This document shows, piece after piece, positions 61,344-64,000 of a stretch of DNA of 64,000 bases. Origin of the DNA: Methylococcales bacterium (GTDB taxonomy: Bacteria; Pseudomonadota; Gammaproteobacteria; JABHGC01); NCBI GenBank assembly GCA_018672285.1, contig JABHGC010000225.1:7153-71152 (forward strand). The letters are read 5' to 3'. Position 1 is the stretch's first letter. The number at the start of each line of letters is the position of its first letter. Below the pieces are notes generated by a model. It had not been told where the DNA came from. It saw only the letters and a list, made by a program, of their open reading frames with translations, and made no database searches. A program made the position numbers and the translations under genes.

Positions 61344-62681
61344 ATGCCACTATCCCGCTCACTCAAAATTGCCTGTTTTTCATTAGCAACGACCCTTTCC
61401 AGTACCTCACTTGCCAATGAGACTAGCTCACAGCAAATTTTACTGAGCTACGCTAACATTGCATCAGATGCGTACACTGCAACACTCGCTGACGCAACTT
61501 CATTACAGAGCGCCATCAACCGTTTTGCCAACGCCCCTAGTGCCCAGCATTTTTCTCAAGCAAAAGCTGCCTGGCTAACCTCAAGAGAATCTTATGGTTT
61601 AACTGAAATTTTTCGCTTATCAGGCGGCCCTATTGATGCAGAAGATGGTTGGGTCGCAACCGCTTATGGCGCACCTGAGGGCCAATTAAATGCCTGGCCT
61701 TTAGATGAAAACATGATTGATTACACGATAAACGATGAGGGTAAGCGCACCTCTGGTAATATTATTGATACGGCTGGGCAATTTAACCCAGGTGGTGAAG
61801 ATGCCACAGCCATTGACGTCAGCAAGATCACAGTAACAGCCCTTGCATCACTCAACGAAAATGGCGGAGATGCCAACGTTGCATCAGGCTACCACGCCAT
61901 TGAATTTCTACTTTGGGGACAAGACCAGGACTACGCCAACTTCACCGCTGACACCGTTACACCAGGTCCACTCACAGCAGGGCAACGTCCTTTAACTGAC
62001 TTCACCAGCGACACATTTGCGAGTAGACGATTAGAGTACCTTCAGGCTGCCAGCACTTTATTGGTTTCAGACATACAAACCATCGCCTCAGCTTGGCAAA
62101 AACAAGCCTCTAATGATTGCACTCAAGACCCAACAGGCTGTTATCGCGCGGCTCTCCTAAGCCAGTTAAAAGGAAAGGACGCTGATAAAAACATACCCGC
62201 AGCTGACGCTTTAAAAAATATCATCATGGGCATGGGGGTGTTTATTAAATCCGAACTTGCCAATGAGCGAATTGCTGTAGCCGTCCTAACCCCCAGTGAA
62301 GAAGACGAACACTCATGCTTCAGCGACAACACGCATCGCGATATCACTTTAAACTACCAAGGATTCGTTAATATTCTTCACGCGAAATACCAAGGCAAAC
62401 ACTATGGCAAAAGCTTGTTCAGCATCAGCGACAAAGCAACTCAAAATACATTATCATCACTCATCACCAGCATCGATGCCAAAGTCAGCAATATGAACCA
62501 GCTGGCAAAAACCACATGGCATTTTGACCACCAGATATTGGCCAAAAACAACGCTAAAGAAATTAAAGCCATGAAAAATGAAATGCGAAAACTCGGTGAT
62601 GTCATGGTAATGGTTGCCAAAGCGGTGGACCTAAGCTTGACCAAAGGTGATGTGACCGACGCAGATGAAACCAAGTTCTAA
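61344..62681 (+). CDS. Imelysin-family (peptidase_M75-like / iron-regulated protein A) periplasmic protein
   Basis: Signal peptide followed by ASGYHAIEFLLWGQD (the imelysin HxxE motif). Confidence 0.7.
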   Translation: MPLSRSLKIACFSLATTLSSTSLANETSSQQILLSYANIASDAYTATLADATSLQSAINRFANAPSAQHFSQAKAAWLTSRESYGLTEIFRLSGGPIDAEDGWVATAYGAPEGQLNAWPLDENMIDYTINDEGKRTSGNIIDTAGQFNPGGEDATAIDVSKITVTALASLNENGGDANVASGYHAIEFLLWGQDQDYANFTADTVTPGPLTAGQRPLTDFTSDTFASRRLEYLQAASTLLVSDIQTIASAWQKQASNDCTQDPTGCYRAALLSQLKGKDADKNIPAADALKNIIMGMGVFIKSELANERIAVAVLTPSEEDEHSCFSDNTHRDITLNYQGFVNILHAKYQGKHYGKSLFSISDKATQNTLSSLITSIDAKVSNMNQLAKTTWHFDHQILAKNNAKEIKAMKNEMRKLGDVMVMVAKAVDLSLTKGDVTDADETKF

Positions 62682-63940
62682 TGCATACCTCTCTACAGCA
62701 GATGGTCACTTTGGCCATCGCAGTACTGTCTCTTTGCCCTTTTCAACTTAATCAAGCACAAGTGCTCTCGGATGAACAACTAGACACATATGCTTTAGGG
62801 CAGAGTTTTGTCAGCAAACCGTGGGTTGCAGCGCCAGCGGCAACAACCGCACGAGATGGTTTAGGCCCTCTCTACAATGCCAATACCTGTTTAAGCTGTC
62901 ACCCCAAACAGGGTCGGGGCAATACTCTGCTGAATAATGATCATATTGACCGCTCTTTATTACTCAAGACCTCTAATCCAGTCACCCGTGTTGACCCAGT
63001 CTATGGCGACCAAATCAACATCAATGCCATCCATGGCGTAAAGTTTGAAGCCACACCTAAGGTACAATTCAAAACCATTGCGTTCACCTACCCTGATGAA
63101 TCTACGGTAGCTTTAAAACAACCGGTGTTCAGCTTAACGAATTTGCAGTATGGCCCGTTACACCCACAAACAACACTTCTACCGAGGCTTGCCCCCGCCC
63201 TCTTTGGCCTAGGTTTGCTTGAAAGCATCCCCGACAACCTCATACTGCAACGATCAGACCCAAACGACCTAAACCAAGATGGCATTTCAGGCAGACCACA
63301 CTGGGTTAATGTTAACAGCACTCGAAAACTTGGCCGGTTCAACTGGAAAGCGTCGGCAACCAGCATCCAACAACAAATCACCCTTGCCTTAAGTCATGAC
63401 ATGGGGCTTACCTCTCCTGACTTAGCCAATGAAAACTGTACAAAACCACAAATAAAATGTAAAAATGCGCCCAAAGGCAGTGCGCTAGACATTAGCCGTG
63501 AACGCATTCAAGCCATGAGCTTTTATATTTCACAACAAGCAGTCCCTAAGCCGACAACGCAACAGCCAAGCGCCTTAGGCCAGCAGCACTTTGTTACTTT
63601 TGGTTGTAACCTATGCCATACAAGCCAATATCAGCTTTCTGAATCAGTCATTATCAAACCCTACTCAGACTTACTTCTGCATGACATGGGACCAGATTTA
63701 TCTGATAAACACTCGAAAGCTGATTCAATGAATAACGAGTGGCGCACACCACCGCTTTGGGGGATTGGCCAAGCTAAGGTTCTGAACAAAAAAGCCGGTT
63801 TTTTACATGACGGCAGAGCGGCTACGCTTGAACACGCGATACTCTGGCACGGTGGAGAGGCAACTAAAGCGAAACAAGCCTTTATTCAGGGTACTAAAGC
63901 ACAACGTAACCAACTCATTCAGTTTTTAAGGTCATTATAA
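62681..63940 (+). CDS. DUF1111-family di-haem cytochrome c enzyme (putative thiol oxidoreductase/peroxidase)
   Basis: Two CxxCH haem motifs (CLSCHPK, CNLCHTS). Its start overlaps the imelysin stop (ATGA-type coupling). This is the usual partner of imelysin genes. Confidence 0.7.
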   Translation: MHTSLQQMVTLAIAVLSLCPFQLNQAQVLSDEQLDTYALGQSFVSKPWVAAPAATTARDGLGPLYNANTCLSCHPKQGRGNTLLNNDHIDRSLLLKTSNPVTRVDPVYGDQININAIHGVKFEATPKVQFKTIAFTYPDESTVALKQPVFSLTNLQYGPLHPQTTLLPRLAPALFGLGLLESIPDNLILQRSDPNDLNQDGISGRPHWVNVNSTRKLGRFNWKASATSIQQQITLALSHDMGLTSPDLANENCTKPQIKCKNAPKGSALDISRERIQAMSFYISQQAVPKPTTQQPSALGQQHFVTFGCNLCHTSQYQLSESVIIKPYSDLLLHDMGPDLSDKHSKADSMNNEWRTPPLWGIGQAKVLNKKAGFLHDGRAATLEHAILWHGGEATKAKQAFIQGTKAQRNQLIQFLRSL

Positions 63941-64000
63941 ATGTTCAAAATATTACTCACCATCACCACGCTGAGCCTGGTATTTTTTGCAGGAGCAATG
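63941..64000 (+). CDS. 5' end of the next gene (signal-peptide protein, possibly a second imelysin); truncated by the window
   Basis: ATG at 63941 immediately after the upstream TAA. MFKILLTITTLSLVFFAGA is a signal-peptide-like start. Confidence 0.4.
   Translation, partial: MFKILLTITTLSLVFFAGAM

Overview
This 64-kb window comes from a moderately AT-rich chromosome that looks gammaproteobacterial, judging by gene content (roxA/ycfD, ybgI-Nif3, yciK, hpt-family, imelysin/DUF1111). No tRNA, rRNA, CRISPR array, IS element or transposase was found.

The first 32.9 kb is a single uninterrupted minus-strand reading frame that starts at 32905 and runs off the left edge of the window, so at least 10,968 codons are in-window. 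Hand translation of many segments shows it is a giant non-ribosomal peptide synthetase.

- It begins with a fatty-acyl-AMP-ligase (FAAL)–ACP loading module, so the product is predicted to be a lipopeptide.
- Ten adenylation-core signatures (one FAAL, eight complete A domains, one truncated A domain) and seven PCP GGHSL sites are visible.
- The gene is built from a roughly 7.6-kb dimodule unit [C-A-T][C-C'-A-T] repeated three times.
- Each second module carries an extra, divergent condensation-like C' domain with active sites HHVMLDGIG, HHLLMDGTS and QHIILDGVG.
- The last 4.6 kb is abnormal: an A domain is broken after motif A4, followed by the C-terminal two-thirds of a C' domain and a complete A domain, then running straight from motif A10 into mid-A-domain sequence. 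This is either a recombinational nested insertion or a repeat misassembly.

Accessory genes lie directly beside the NRPS start:
- a cytoplasmic histidine-kinase homologue whose H-box histidine is replaced (SRQLRMPL);
- a CheY-like receiver cut by an in-frame TGA just before the conserved KPF lysine;
- a membrane-anchored alpha/beta hydrolase;
- a convergent Sfp-type phosphopantetheinyl transferase.

The right half of the window contains housekeeping and signalling genes:
- a squalene/phytoene-synthase-like protein, a YciK-like SDR, Nif3/YbgI, an HGPRT-family protein, a CBS protein and RoxA/YcfD;
- three Sel1-repeat proteins and a dimeric-dUTPase-like protein;
- a 1171-aa hybrid sensor kinase and a small radical-SAM protein;
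- a translationally coupled operon of a cupredoxin, a periplasmic-sensor–HAMP–Ser/Thr-kinase receptor with an unusual HRDxN catalytic loop, a small protein and a DnaJ-like protein;
- a dienelactone hydrolase and two more two-component kinases;
- an imelysin/DUF1111 di-haem operon preceded by a good Fur-box match.

All work is manual; coordinates of NRPS domains are approximate (±~100 nt).
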